The notes beneath the pieces are model-generated. The model was not told the origin of the DNA and did not search any database. It saw nothing but the letters and a program-made list of their open reading frames with translations. 40,105 nucleotides of DNA from Clostridia bacterium (GTDB lineage Bacteria > Bacillota > Clostridia > Christensenellales > UBA1242): contig JAQUUD010000001.1 of the NCBI GenBank assembly GCA_028694075.1, forward strand, positions 1 through 40,105, given 5' to 3'. The position numbers and the translations under genes were made by a program. Within the stretch, counting starts at the first letter, position 1; each line of letters starts with the position of its first letter. Shown here in pieces: positions 1 to 7,991 of this stretch.

Positions 1-35
1 CAATGCCTTTGGGCATTGCCCACGGCTTCCGCCGG
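1..35. repeat. 3' part of a nested-palindrome element, truncated by the window edge
   Basis: Hairpin caatgcc-tttg-ggcattg (1..18) is followed by cccacggcttccgccgg. This resembles the 3' closing-stem half of the element at 6112..6218 (cggcttcgccgg). A T-run follows. Confidence 0.35.
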
Positions 36-128
36 AACTTTTTAATGTTGTAATCATCTAATAATTATTACAATTTGATTTCATTTATATTTATTCGTAT
101 GTGCATCAATATTTATTATATACATAAA

Positions 129-169
129 AGCGGGCCTGTCAAACGAGCAAAGCGAAGCGGGCAAACCAC
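129..169. repeat. Solo copy of the GC-rich intergenic repeat unit
   Basis: agcgggcctgtcaaacgagcaaagcgaagcgggcaaaccac matches the GTCAAACG..CAAAGCGA.GCGGGC unit of the large arrays. It is a GC island in AT-rich spacer. Confidence 0.55.
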
Positions 170-173
170 TAAA

Positions 174-218
174 GTAATAAAAAATCACAGTTTCCCGTTT
201 CAAAACCTGTGATTTTTT
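174..218 (-). terminator. Rho-independent terminator downstream of tex (bidirectional shape)
   Basis: A 10-bp stem aaaatcacag/ctgtgatttt (181..190 with 207..216) has T-runs on both strands. It lies about 75 nt past the tex stop. Confidence 0.7.
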
Positions 219-290
219 ATGCTATCAATTTGATAATTCAAAATTTTCTATGGCAAATTAATTTTTATTTAAATTAAAACAATTCAAAAA

Positions 291-2447
291 TTAAGCTTTA
301 TCAACTTTTTTAATGCTGAGAGAAATTCTCTTTTTTTCGGGGTCGACGCCAATCACTTTAACTTCAACATTCTGCCCTACTATTAATTCTTCGCTTGGGT
401 GTTTGATATAGCGGTTGCATATTTCACTTATATGCACAAGCCCATCTTGATGCACGCCAATATCTACAAACGCTCCGAAATCAATTACATTGCGAACAAC
501 ACCTTTTATTATCATTCCCACTTTTAAATCTTCAATGCTCATTGCATCGGTGCGAAGTTCGGGCTGAGGGAGTTCGGCTCTTATATCTCTACCCGGCTTT
601 AAAAGTTCATTTATAATATCTTCCAAAGTTGGCTCGCCTATTCCGCAATATTCAGCAACTTTTCCAAAGCCTTTGCTTTCAACAAGTTTTGGCAAACTTT
701 TAATTTTATCAGTAACTATATCGCTTTCTACCATATTGAAAAGTTCAAGCAACTTTTTAACCGCTTTATAACTTTCCGGATGCACGGCTGTGTTATCCAA
801 AATATTTTTATTATTATGAATTCGTAAAAATCCAGCACACTGCTCAAACGCTTTATCGCCCAACTTTTTAACTTCTTTCAATTGCTTTCTACCCGTAAAA
901 TTTCCGTTCTCTTTTCTGAATTCAACAATATTTTTTGCAATACCAGCATTTAATCCGGAAACATATTCAAGCAGTTTATATGAAGCGGTGTTAAGGTCCA
1001 CGCCAACAGAGTTCACACAGTCTTCAACAACGCCGTCAAGCACATCGGTTAATCTTTTTTGTGGCATATCGTGCTGATATTGTCCCACACCTATTGATTT
1101 TACATCAATTTTTATAAGTTCAGCAAGCGGATCCTGCAAACGACGGGCAATGCTCACTGCGCTTCGAAGTGCAACATCATAATCAGGGAACTCTTCCGCA
1201 CCAAGTTTTGATGCACTATAAACTGATGCACCCGCCTCATTCACAACCATATATGAAACTGGCTCTGGTATTTTTTTGATCAAATTACTAATAAAAATTT
1301 CACTTTCTTTGCTTGCAGTGCCGTTCCCAATTGCAATTGCATTAATTTTAAATTTTTTTATAAGAGAAGAAAGTGTTTTTTCGGCTTCTTCAACATTATT
1401 ATGAGGAGGAGTCGGATATATAACTCCTTTGTCTAAAACATTGCTGTTTTCATCAATAACGGCAATTTTGCACCCCGTCCTATAAGCAGGGTCAAAGCCT
1501 AAAATAACCTTGTTTTTTAGGGGAGGTTGCATGAGTAGCGGTTTTAAATTGACCTTAAACATTTTGATTGCCTGCTCACTTGCGCTGTCCGTTAAATCAG
1601 ATCTTAATTTACGTTCAAGCGAAGGGAAAATAAGCCTTTCAAAACTGTCAGTTATTACATTTTCCATAAACTCTTTAAAACTGCCGTTTTTCTTTAAAAC
1701 ATCTTTTGAAATTATTTCAAGACATCTGTTTTGATTAACTTTTATCTCAACTTTTAAGCAATTATCGCTTTCACCCCTATTAATTGCCAAAATTCTATGC
1801 GACGGCAAAGTTTTAACCGGTTCTTTAAAGTTATCATACATTTGATAAGTATGTGATTTTTCATTTTCTTTAATAACGGTTTCAATAATGGCGGTTTCAT
1901 TAATAAATTCACGAAGTTTTTTGCGAATTTCAGCATTGTCAGAAATCTGTTCCGCCAATATATCGCCTGCTCCTGCAAGAGCCTGCTGGGCATCTGCAAT
2001 TTCTTTTTCTGCATTAACAAAATTTTCCGCAAGTTCTTCAAGCGAATTCTCGCTTTCCTGCAAAAAGATGATATCTGCAAGCGGTTTTAAACCCTTTGCT
2101 TCGGCTATTGTCGCACGAGTTTGGCGTTTTGGTCTAAATGGTCTATAAATGTCGTCAAGTTCAGTCAGCGTAACTGCTTTTTCCAAATTCTGCATAATTT
2201 CTGGCGTCATTTTTTCTTGTTCGGTTATCAGTTTTATTATATCTTCTTTGCGTTTATTATAATTTCTTATATAATTCAAGCGGTCTGCGAAATCTCTTAA
2301 TATTTGGTCATCTAAACTGCCGTGCATTTCTTTTCTATATCTTGAAATAAACGGAATTGTTTGTTCTTGGTCTAATAATTGTATAATATTTTCGGCATAA
2401 TCCAGCCTTATATTAAATTCTCTACTAATTTGCTCTACAATTTCCAT
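291..2447 (-). CDS. tex: Tex-like transcription accessory protein (S1 RNA-binding domain protein)
   Basis: ORF 291..2633 was trimmed to the ATG at 2447, which is preceded by taaggagaaattt. It has the Tex N-terminal region, a YqgF/RuvX-like core, an HhH region and a C-terminal S1 domain (GMIIKGVVRNVIDFGAFVDIGVHQDGLVHISE). Confidence 0.93.
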   Translation of the reverse strand: MEIVEQISREFNIRLDYAENIIQLLDQEQTIPFISRYRKEMHGSLDDQILRDFADRLNYIRNYNKRKEDIIKLITEQEKMTPEIMQNLEKAVTLTELDDIYRPFRPKRQTRATIAEAKGLKPLADIIFLQESENSLEELAENFVNAEKEIADAQQALAGAGDILAEQISDNAEIRKKLREFINETAIIETVIKENEKSHTYQMYDNFKEPVKTLPSHRILAINRGESDNCLKVEIKVNQNRCLEIISKDVLKKNGSFKEFMENVITDSFERLIFPSLERKLRSDLTDSASEQAIKMFKVNLKPLLMQPPLKNKVILGFDPAYRTGCKIAVIDENSNVLDKGVIYPTPPHNNVEEAEKTLSSLIKKFKINAIAIGNGTASKESEIFISNLIKKIPEPVSYMVVNEAGASVYSASKLGAEEFPDYDVALRSAVSIARRLQDPLAELIKIDVKSIGVGQYQHDMPQKRLTDVLDGVVEDCVNSVGVDLNTASYKLLEYVSGLNAGIAKNIVEFRKENGNFTGRKQLKEVKKLGDKAFEQCAGFLRIHNNKNILDNTAVHPESYKAVKKLLELFNMVESDIVTDKIKSLPKLVESKGFGKVAEYCGIGEPTLEDIINELLKPGRDIRAELPQPELRTDAMSIEDLKVGMIIKGVVRNVIDFGAFVDIGVHQDGLVHISEICNRYIKHPSEELIVGQNVEVKVIGVDPEKKRISLSIKKVDKA

Positions 2448-2470
2448 AAATTTCTCCTTAAAATTAAAAA

Positions 2471-2499
2471 AGTATAACAAATAAAATTGAAAAAGGCAA
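2471..2499 (-). promoter_or_regulatory. Sigma-A type promoter for tex
   Basis: The minus strand reads TTGCCT-17 nt-TATACT with an upstream TGT (extended -10). Confidence 0.5.
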
Positions 2500-2538
2500 A
2501 CAAATTGGAATATAAAGATGCAAATATGTGCATATATC

Positions 2539-2637
2539 CTAACGGTCAAAGCGAGCGGAGCGTAAGAAAGGGCAAGAGAGTAAGCCAAATAGAATGACTG
2601 AAAGGCGGTTAAGGGCGAGCGAGCAAGCACCACTAAA
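2539..2637. repeat. Degenerate copies of the GC-rich intergenic repeat
   Basis: ctaacggtcaaagcgagcggagcg ... aagggcgagcgagcaagcaccactaaac. It shares the CAAAGCGAGCGG core and the ending ..ccactaaa with the solo copy at 129..173. Confidence 0.45.
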
Positions 2638-2643
2638 CAAACA

Positions 2644-2675
2644 TAAAAAAAGAACGAGCAAATCGTTCTTTTTTA
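2644..2675 (-). terminator. Rho-independent terminator after rnpB (bidirectional shape)
   Basis: Stem agaacga/tcgttct (2651..2657 with 2663..2669) has loop gcaaa. It is flanked by an A-run and a T-run. Confidence 0.7.
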
Positions 2676-2700
2676 GCACTTTTGTGCTTTGTTTTTTAGT

Positions 2701-3066
2701 TATCAGTTAGTCTGTAAGCCGAGTTCTGTATTAAATGGTCATCTATCTAGATGATATATCTCTATATCATTCAAGCGGTATTTTTGGATAACGCGAGAGA
2801 ACAAGCGCATATGTTATCACTTAACCTTGCTTCAAGTGGGGTTTACATGGCACATCTTGTTACCAAGATGTCGGTGGTCTCTTACACCGCCTTTTCACCA
2901 TCACCGCAATTTTAAAAATAAATTTAATTTCACGGCAGTATATTTCTGTTGCACTTTCCTTAGAGTTGCCTCCACCGGCAGTTAACCGGCACCCAGTTCT
3001 CTTAAAGCTCGGACTTTCCTCGGAACTGTCATTATAACAATCCCGCGACCATCTGGCTAGCTGACA
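2701..3066 (-). ncRNA. rnpB: RNase P RNA, bacterial class A
   Basis: The minus strand contains GAGGAAAGUCCGAGC (reverse complement of 3007..3021). It also contains GGAAAGUGCAACAGAAAUAUACUGCCG, GGUGUAAGAGACCACC, GUAAACCCCACUUGAAGCAAGG and ACAGAACUCGGCUUACAG. A P1-like pairing joins 3057..3066 and 2701..2710. The layout parallels E. coli M1 RNA. Confidence 0.93.
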
Positions 3067-3072
3067 TCATAT

Positions 3073-3100
3073 ATTATACTGAATTTAAAGAAAATGTCAA
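3073..3100 (-). promoter_or_regulatory. Sigma-A promoter for rnpB
   Basis: The minus strand reads TTGACA (3095..3100)-16 nt-TATAAT (3073..3078). This places the transcription start about 7 nt downstream, at the predicted RNA 5' end. Confidence 0.7.
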
Positions 3101-3146
3101 GATTAAAATATTTCAAGAACAACTGTTTTAATTACAAGATTGTTAC

Positions 3147-3730
3147 CGCGGACCAGCCAAACGAACAAAGCGAGCGGGCGTTAGCAGAGCGAGCGGGCGT
3201 TAGCAGGGCGAGCGGTCAGTTCCAGCCAAACGGACAAAGCGAGCGGGCGTTAGCAGGGCGAGCGGGCAGTTCCAGCCAAACGGACAAAGCGAGCGGGCGT
3301 TAGCAGAGCAAGCGGGCGTTAGCAGAGCGAGCGGTCAGTTCCAGCCAAACGAACAAAGCGAGCGGGCGTTAGCAGGGCGAGCGGGCGTTAGCAGGGCGAG
3401 CGGGCGTTAGCAGGGCGAGCGGGCAGTTCCAGCCAAACGGACAAAGCGAGCGGGCGTTAGCAGGGCGAGCGGGCGTTAGCAAAGCAAGCGGACAAGTCAA
3501 CCAAACGGACAAAGCGAGCGGGCGTTAGCAGAGCAAGCGGGCGTTAGCAGGGCGAGCGGTCAGTTCCAGCCAAACGGACAAAGCGAGCGGGCGTTAGCAA
3601 AGCAAGCGGACAAGCCAACCAAACGGGCAAAGCGAGCGGGCGAAGCGAAGCAAGCAGGGCGAGCGTCAAGCCAGTCAAACGGACAGAGCGAGCGGACAAA
3701 TCAACAGTCAAACGGGCTGGTCAAACAGGC
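3147..3730. repeat. GC-rich hierarchical tandem-repeat array A
   Basis: About 9-10 super-units. Each has a 22-nt punctuation (cagttccagccaaacggacaaa), then 1-3 copies of the 19-nt unit gcgagcgggcgttagcagg, then a 9-nt partial unit. The + strand is G-rich and T-poor. The array degenerates toward its right end. Confidence 0.9.
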
Positions 3731-3732
3731 TT

Positions 3733-3776
3733 TAAAAAAAATTAATCAGGTTACTGGTTAAGCGGTAACCTGATTA
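3733..3776 (-). terminator. Rho-independent terminator of rnhA
   Basis: A 12-bp stem taatcaggttac/gtaacctgatta (3743..3754 with 3765..3776) is followed on the minus strand by a T8 run. Confidence 0.75.
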
Positions 3777-3873
3777 CTTGGTAAATAAATTTATTTGATT
3801 TTTAAAAATATTTTAGATTTGTTACGCATCTTAAAAATTCAACAATAAAATTTGAGCGGAGCGATAATAAAAC

Positions 3874-4323
3874 TTACTTTTTTTCGCCAATAATTTTTTG
3901 AACTTCATTTCTTGCAAGTTCGTCACAGCGGTTGTTATAAATATTACTTGAATGCCCTTTTATTTTATGCCAATTAACTCGATGTTGTTTTGTTAATTCA
4001 ATTAATTGTTTCCAAAGGTCTTGATTTAAAACCGGCTTTTTATCAGAAGTTTTCCAATTGTTGTTTATCCAATTTGTCGTCCAACTTTGAATAAAAGCAT
4101 TAATAACATAAGCGCTGTCTGAATATACATCAACTATGCAAATTTCTTTTAAGGCTTGTAATCCTTTTATAATTGCCGTGAGTTCCATTCGGTTATTTGT
4201 TGTTTCAGGCTCACCGCCGGACAATTCTTTCAATGCTTTTTGATGCAATAAAATAGCGCCCCAGCCACCCGGGCCGGGATTATATGAACAAGCACCATCA
4301 GTATATAAAACAACTCTTTTCAT
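3874..4323 (-). CDS. rnhA: Ribonuclease HI
   Basis: MKRVVLYTDGACSYNPGPGGWGAILL... is the canonical RNase HI N-terminus, with the catalytic Asp at residue 9. The ORF was trimmed from 4353 to the ATG at 4323 because the extension lies inside the tRNA. Confidence 0.9.
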   Translation of the reverse strand: MKRVVLYTDGACSYNPGPGGWGAILLHQKALKELSGGEPETTNNRMELTAIIKGLQALKEICIVDVYSDSAYVINAFIQSWTTNWINNNWKTSDKKPVLNQDLWKQLIELTKQHRVNWHKIKGHSSNIYNNRCDELARNEVQKIIGEKK

Positions 4324-4397
4324 TGGCAGGGATGGAAGGAATCGAACCCTCAAAGCTGGTTTTGGAGACCAGAGCTATACCATTTAACTACATCCCT
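4324..4397 (-). tRNA. trnW: tRNA-Trp (anticodon CCA) with encoded 3' CCA
   Basis: The minus strand reads AGGGATGTAGTTAAATGGTATAGCTCTGGTCTCCAAAACCAGCTTTGAGGGTTCGATTCCTTCCATCCCTGCCA. The acceptor stem is AGGGATG/CATCCCT, the anticodon stem is CTGGT/ACCAG, the loop is CTCCAAA, and the T-loop is GGTTCGATTCC. Confidence 0.93.
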
Positions 4398-4408
4398 ATA
4401 GCGATTAA

Positions 4409-4437
4409 ATTATCTCATACATTTATAAATATGTCAA
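4409..4437 (-). promoter_or_regulatory. Sigma-A promoter for the tRNA-Trp/rnhA unit
   Basis: The minus strand reads TTGACA (4432..4437)-17 nt-GATAAT (4409..4414), about 11 nt upstream of the tRNA 5' end. Confidence 0.65.
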
Positions 4438-4519
4438 TCTTTTTTAATTGTTTTATTTGAAAATATTTTAATATATTAAATCACCTTTACTATGTTTATA
4501 TGACAAAAATTTTTAATTT

Positions 4520-4756
4520 TTAAACAATTATCATTAATACCATTGCAACGCAAACCATTGTTAAACCCAATGCTTTTGATATGAGCATTGGTTTATTATC
4601 TGCTTCAATTTCTGTTTGTTTGGAAACAATTTTGCCAATTTTTTTTGAAAGCAGGATAATTGCAAAACCTGTTGCACACAATATAATTCCTGTCAAAACA
4701 TTTAATTGCGATAATCTCGAAATTAAATCTGCCATTAATAATTTATCATTTTTCAC
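4520..4756 (-). CDS. Small hypothetical membrane protein (two predicted TM segments)
   Basis: 78-aa ORF with hydrophobic stretches VLTGIILCATGFAIILL and ALGLTMVCVAMVLMIIV. The SD is weak and I recognise no family. Confidence 0.5.
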   Translation of the reverse strand: MKNDKLLMADLISRLSQLNVLTGIILCATGFAIILLSKKIGKIVSKQTEIEADNKPMLISKALGLTMVCVAMVLMIIV

Positions 4757-4925
4757 TCTAATTGTATTAAATTATAAAACTTATATTAAATTAAAATCTT
4801 GATTTTAATAATAATACATTATATCATAATTCAAATGTTTTTTCAATCATTAAACAGAATTTTTAGTGATTTAGAAATATGTATGAATATACACATTTAT
4901 GTATAATTATCAGCACGAACATTAT

Positions 4926-5951
4926 TTAATCATTTTTAAATGGTCGTCCGTTTTTTAATTTTTTTATTGTTTTATTATTTTTATTTTGCATTTCTTGATT
5001 TTGATTATCACTTTTAATTTTCTTTAATTTTTTTGGTTTTAATTTTTTTACAAAAACATTATCTAATCGCTCATCGAAAGTTGAATGATTTCTTTGCAAA
5101 ATTTGTGGATTTTTATTAATATCTCTTTTTGGTAGAGGTGATGCATCATACTGCACTTTTGGTCTATGCTCAGAATAAACAATCAAACTGTTTGTTGCAA
5201 TTTCAATTTCATTGCGTTTTAATTCATTAAACAAAACTTCTTGCATATCAATTTCGGCTTTATCGCAATATTCTGACACTGTCCACGCTCTTACTTCAAC
5301 ATTAATTTTATTATCATTTATTTCTTTAATAAATAAATTTGGTTCTGGGTTGGTTAAAATTTTTTCATTTGATAAAAGTGTAGAAATTGCAATCTCTCTT
5401 AATTTTTTGATATCAGTATTAAGAGTTACGCTGAATTTAATTGAAAAACGGCGTATTTCGTGATAATCCGAGTTTTCAATTTGAAAGTTGACAACATTTT
5501 TATTAGGAATAATAACCCTTTTATTATCCCAAGTGTCAATTAAAGTATTGAAGAATTGTATTGCAACAACCTTACCAGATATTCCATTTATTGTAACTGA
5601 ATCATCTTTTTTAAACGGTTTTGTAAAAATTAGAATAATGCCGTTTGCAAGTGAAGAAAGGCTGTCTTGAAGTGCTAATCCTGCCGCCAATCCAAATGCA
5701 GCCAAAATTGCCATTAAGCCCGTAACTGGAATGCCGACATTTTGAATTAGAATTAAAACCAATCCTGTATACAAAGAAACAACGATAATTCTGAAAATAA
5801 ACTTTTTCGAAAGTTCTTCCAACTTGCTTTTGTTAAGAATTTTATAAATTATTTTTTTTAATATAAAAATTATGATATAACCGATGACAAAAATTGCCAA
5901 TAATTCTAAAATTTTCAATCCGCCATTAACAAAAAATTGTTCCCAGTTCAT
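4926..5951 (-). CDS. Mechanosensitive ion channel (MscS family)
   Basis: TM region followed by an MscS beta-domain signature (LANGIILIFTKPFKKDDSVTINGISGKVVAIQFFNTLIDTWDNKRVIIPN). The start is taken at MNWEQF (ATG 5951, aaaggat upstream). The ORF could extend to 5978. Confidence 0.85.
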   Translation of the reverse strand: MNWEQFFVNGGLKILELLAIFVIGYIIIFILKKIIYKILNKSKLEELSKKFIFRIIVVSLYTGLVLILIQNVGIPVTGLMAILAAFGLAAGLALQDSLSSLANGIILIFTKPFKKDDSVTINGISGKVVAIQFFNTLIDTWDNKRVIIPNKNVVNFQIENSDYHEIRRFSIKFSVTLNTDIKKLREIAISTLLSNEKILTNPEPNLFIKEINDNKINVEVRAWTVSEYCDKAEIDMQEVLFNELKRNEIEIATNSLIVYSEHRPKVQYDASPLPKRDINKNPQILQRNHSTFDERLDNVFVKKLKPKKLKKIKSDNQNQEMQNKNNKTIKKLKNGRPFKND

Positions 5952-6111
5952 ATTTAATCCTTTAATTAAGATTATCACGCATTTAGTATTATTTTGTCAA
6001 GTTATTTGCTTTAAAATATATTTTTTGTTTATTTTAATATAAATTTCAAGATTTAGGTGTCTTTTTATTGTTTGTCAATTTATTATAATTTTAGCAGTGC
6101 CCGCTAATTAA

Positions 6112-6218
6112 CCGGCGAAGCCGGCGGGCGTTTGCCGTGCAAACGCCCGTGCGATATGCTTGGGGCAAGCCCCAAGCATATCGCCAAATCGCTTTCAGCG
6201 ATTTTTCGGCTTCGCCGG
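6112..6218. repeat. Nested perfect palindrome: 12-bp closing stem enclosing three hairpins
   Basis: Closing stem ccggcgaagccg (6112..6123) pairs with cggcttcgccgg (6207..6218). Arms are cgggcgtttgc-cgt-gcaaacgcccg, gcgatatgcttgggg-caa(g)-ccccaagcatatcgc and aaatcgct-ttc-agcgattt. Confidence 0.85.
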
Positions 6219-6470
6219 AGTTTCTTTAAAATACTCTCTTTGTTTAACAATTATTTATAAAATTCGGTTAGTAAATTTTGTAAATATTTTTTACACTAAA
6301 TCCCTCAGCATAATTCAATAAACTTTCAAACCACAACTATGCCTTATTAATAACAACTTTTTCCGATCACTCTCTTTGTTTAAAAAATTAATTAACAACA
6401 TTTAATATTTTCAAATTAAACTTGTTTATCGATTTTTTGCAAATTAATTTGTCAAACAAACAAACACAAA

Positions 6471-7892
6471 TCACAACCTAAGCGGAGCCTCCCCGCATAC
6501 ATTTTGTTCGCACTTGTTATAATACATATAAGCAACTTTATCGCCTCGTGTATTTTTTAAAATTTTTGCAAATATTTCTTTTGCCTGATGACATTTTCCC
6601 AAATTAAAATATCGCACTGCCTGTTCAAACTGAGTTTTATCACTTTCCATTTTATCTCGCTTTCTCTTATCATAATATTCCAAACTTTCAAAAAGTGAAG
6701 TATATTCCTTATCATCTTCAAATGTCAATGTGCCCACATATCTATATGCCAGCGGGTAATCAATTTTTAGCGAATTTAAAGTGCGTTTTGAAAAAATTAT
6801 TTTTGAGCCGAAATACTCATTAAAATTGTTCATTTTTGAAGCAAGATTAACAGCATCAGAAATGATTGTCGGGCTTTTTCTTTCTTCTTCCCCAACAATT
6901 CCAAAAACAACTTCGCCAGTGTTTACGCTTATGCCAACTTCTAAATTTGGTAAATTTTTGGTGTTCATATTTTTATTGTCAACTGCCTTGCTTATCGCAA
7001 CCGAACATTCAAGCGCATTTTCAGGTTTAATAAAAACCGCTAAAATGCCGTCACCCAAATATTTATCCACAAAACCGTTAAACTTCCGAATAATCGGAGA
7101 TACAACATTCAAATATGAATTAATATAATTAAAATTTTCTTCCAAACTTAATGTTGTGCTTGTTGATGTGGAATGATGAATATCAACAAACATTGTTGTA
7201 ATTTCTTTTTGCACCTGATTTCCAAGTTCCAATTCAAGAATACTGCTTTTGCCTAAAAATCTCAAAAATTGTTTAGGCACATATTTTTCATATTCTAAGT
7301 TTGTCTTTTTAATTATATTTTCTTTTTCCTTAAAGTTTTCATTTATTTTATTCAATGAATTTTCAATTTCCCCAAATTGTTTACTTCCGCCAATTTGAAT
7401 GTCGCTGGCAACTCTTCCGCTACTTAATCTGCGAACAGAATCTTGCACTTTTTTCAGCGGTCTGCAAGCAAATTTAAACGATATAAACAAAATTATCAAA
7501 TATGCAATAACGGCAAGTGCCAACCAAAGATATTGATTATTATTCACTTCATTTACATTCAAAAATTCGCGGACATACTCAGACTGCGTATCCTGCATAG
7601 TATTTAAATTCAATATATAAAAACTTAAAATAGCAAAAGTTAAGGTGACTGGAATTGTTACAAAAAACAAAACTCTATTAAACGGCTGAGAAGCAAGAAA
7701 CCTGAAAAACAACACATTAAAACTTACTGCGTTCAAAATTATAAATCCAAGCCCGATATAACCCAGCAATGAAAAATTAAAACTGATGCCGTTATCCAAA
7801 ATTATGCCGTCGGAAACAGCACCGCCCAAAAGCAAACTTAGTACGGTTGAAATGATGAATAATACAATCCAAATTTTCGTGCTTGTTCTCAT
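6471..7892 (-). CDS. Membrane-bound class III adenylate/guanylate cyclase (TM region, HAMP-like linker, cyclase domain, C-terminal TPR-like tail)
   Basis: Cyclase core MFVDIHHSTS...FVDKYLGDGILAVF...VGISVNTGEVVFGIVG, with multiple N-terminal TM helices. The start is uncertain: no candidate has an SD, and the ORF is open to 7973. Confidence 0.85.
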   Translation of the reverse strand: MRTSTKIWIVLFIISTVLSLLLGGAVSDGIILDNGISFNFSLLGYIGLGFIILNAVSFNVLFFRFLASQPFNRVLFFVTIPVTLTFAILSFYILNLNTMQDTQSEYVREFLNVNEVNNNQYLWLALAVIAYLIILFISFKFACRPLKKVQDSVRRLSSGRVASDIQIGGSKQFGEIENSLNKINENFKEKENIIKKTNLEYEKYVPKQFLRFLGKSSILELELGNQVQKEITTMFVDIHHSTSTSTTLSLEENFNYINSYLNVVSPIIRKFNGFVDKYLGDGILAVFIKPENALECSVAISKAVDNKNMNTKNLPNLEVGISVNTGEVVFGIVGEEERKSPTIISDAVNLASKMNNFNEYFGSKIIFSKRTLNSLKIDYPLAYRYVGTLTFEDDKEYTSLFESLEYYDKRKRDKMESDKTQFEQAVRYFNLGKCHQAKEIFAKILKNTRGDKVAYMYYNKCEQNVCGEAPLRL

Positions 7893-7991
7893 ATCACTTA
7901 TTTTGTGCTTTTTGTTTAAAGGTATACACATTAATTTTTGACATAATTTGATAAATTTTTCACATAATAACATAGAAAAGGAAATTTTAAT

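Noticed and set aside
2448-2633. N-terminal 62-aa extension of the tex ORF
   Set aside because: The extension is hydrophobic, low-complexity sequence that reads through a promoter and GC-rich repeat copies. The ATG at 2447 has a strong RBS and matches the Tex N-terminus.
3094-3303. 69-aa + strand ORF inside array A
   Set aside because: The frame is open only because the repeat is T-poor and so has no stop codons. It has no RBS, and its GC-rich composition is unlike any real gene here. The 19-nt period is not a multiple of 3.
3147-3730. Whether the GC-rich arrays are CRISPR arrays
   Set aside because: There are no unique spacers between the repeats: the punctuation sequences are themselves repeated. 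The units are 18-22 nt and contiguous, and there are no cas genes in the window.
4324-4353. rnhA ORF extension (MRVRFLPSLP)
   Set aside because: It lies entirely within the tRNA-Trp T-arm and acceptor stem and would use a TTG start. The RNase HI homology starts at MKRVVLYTDG.
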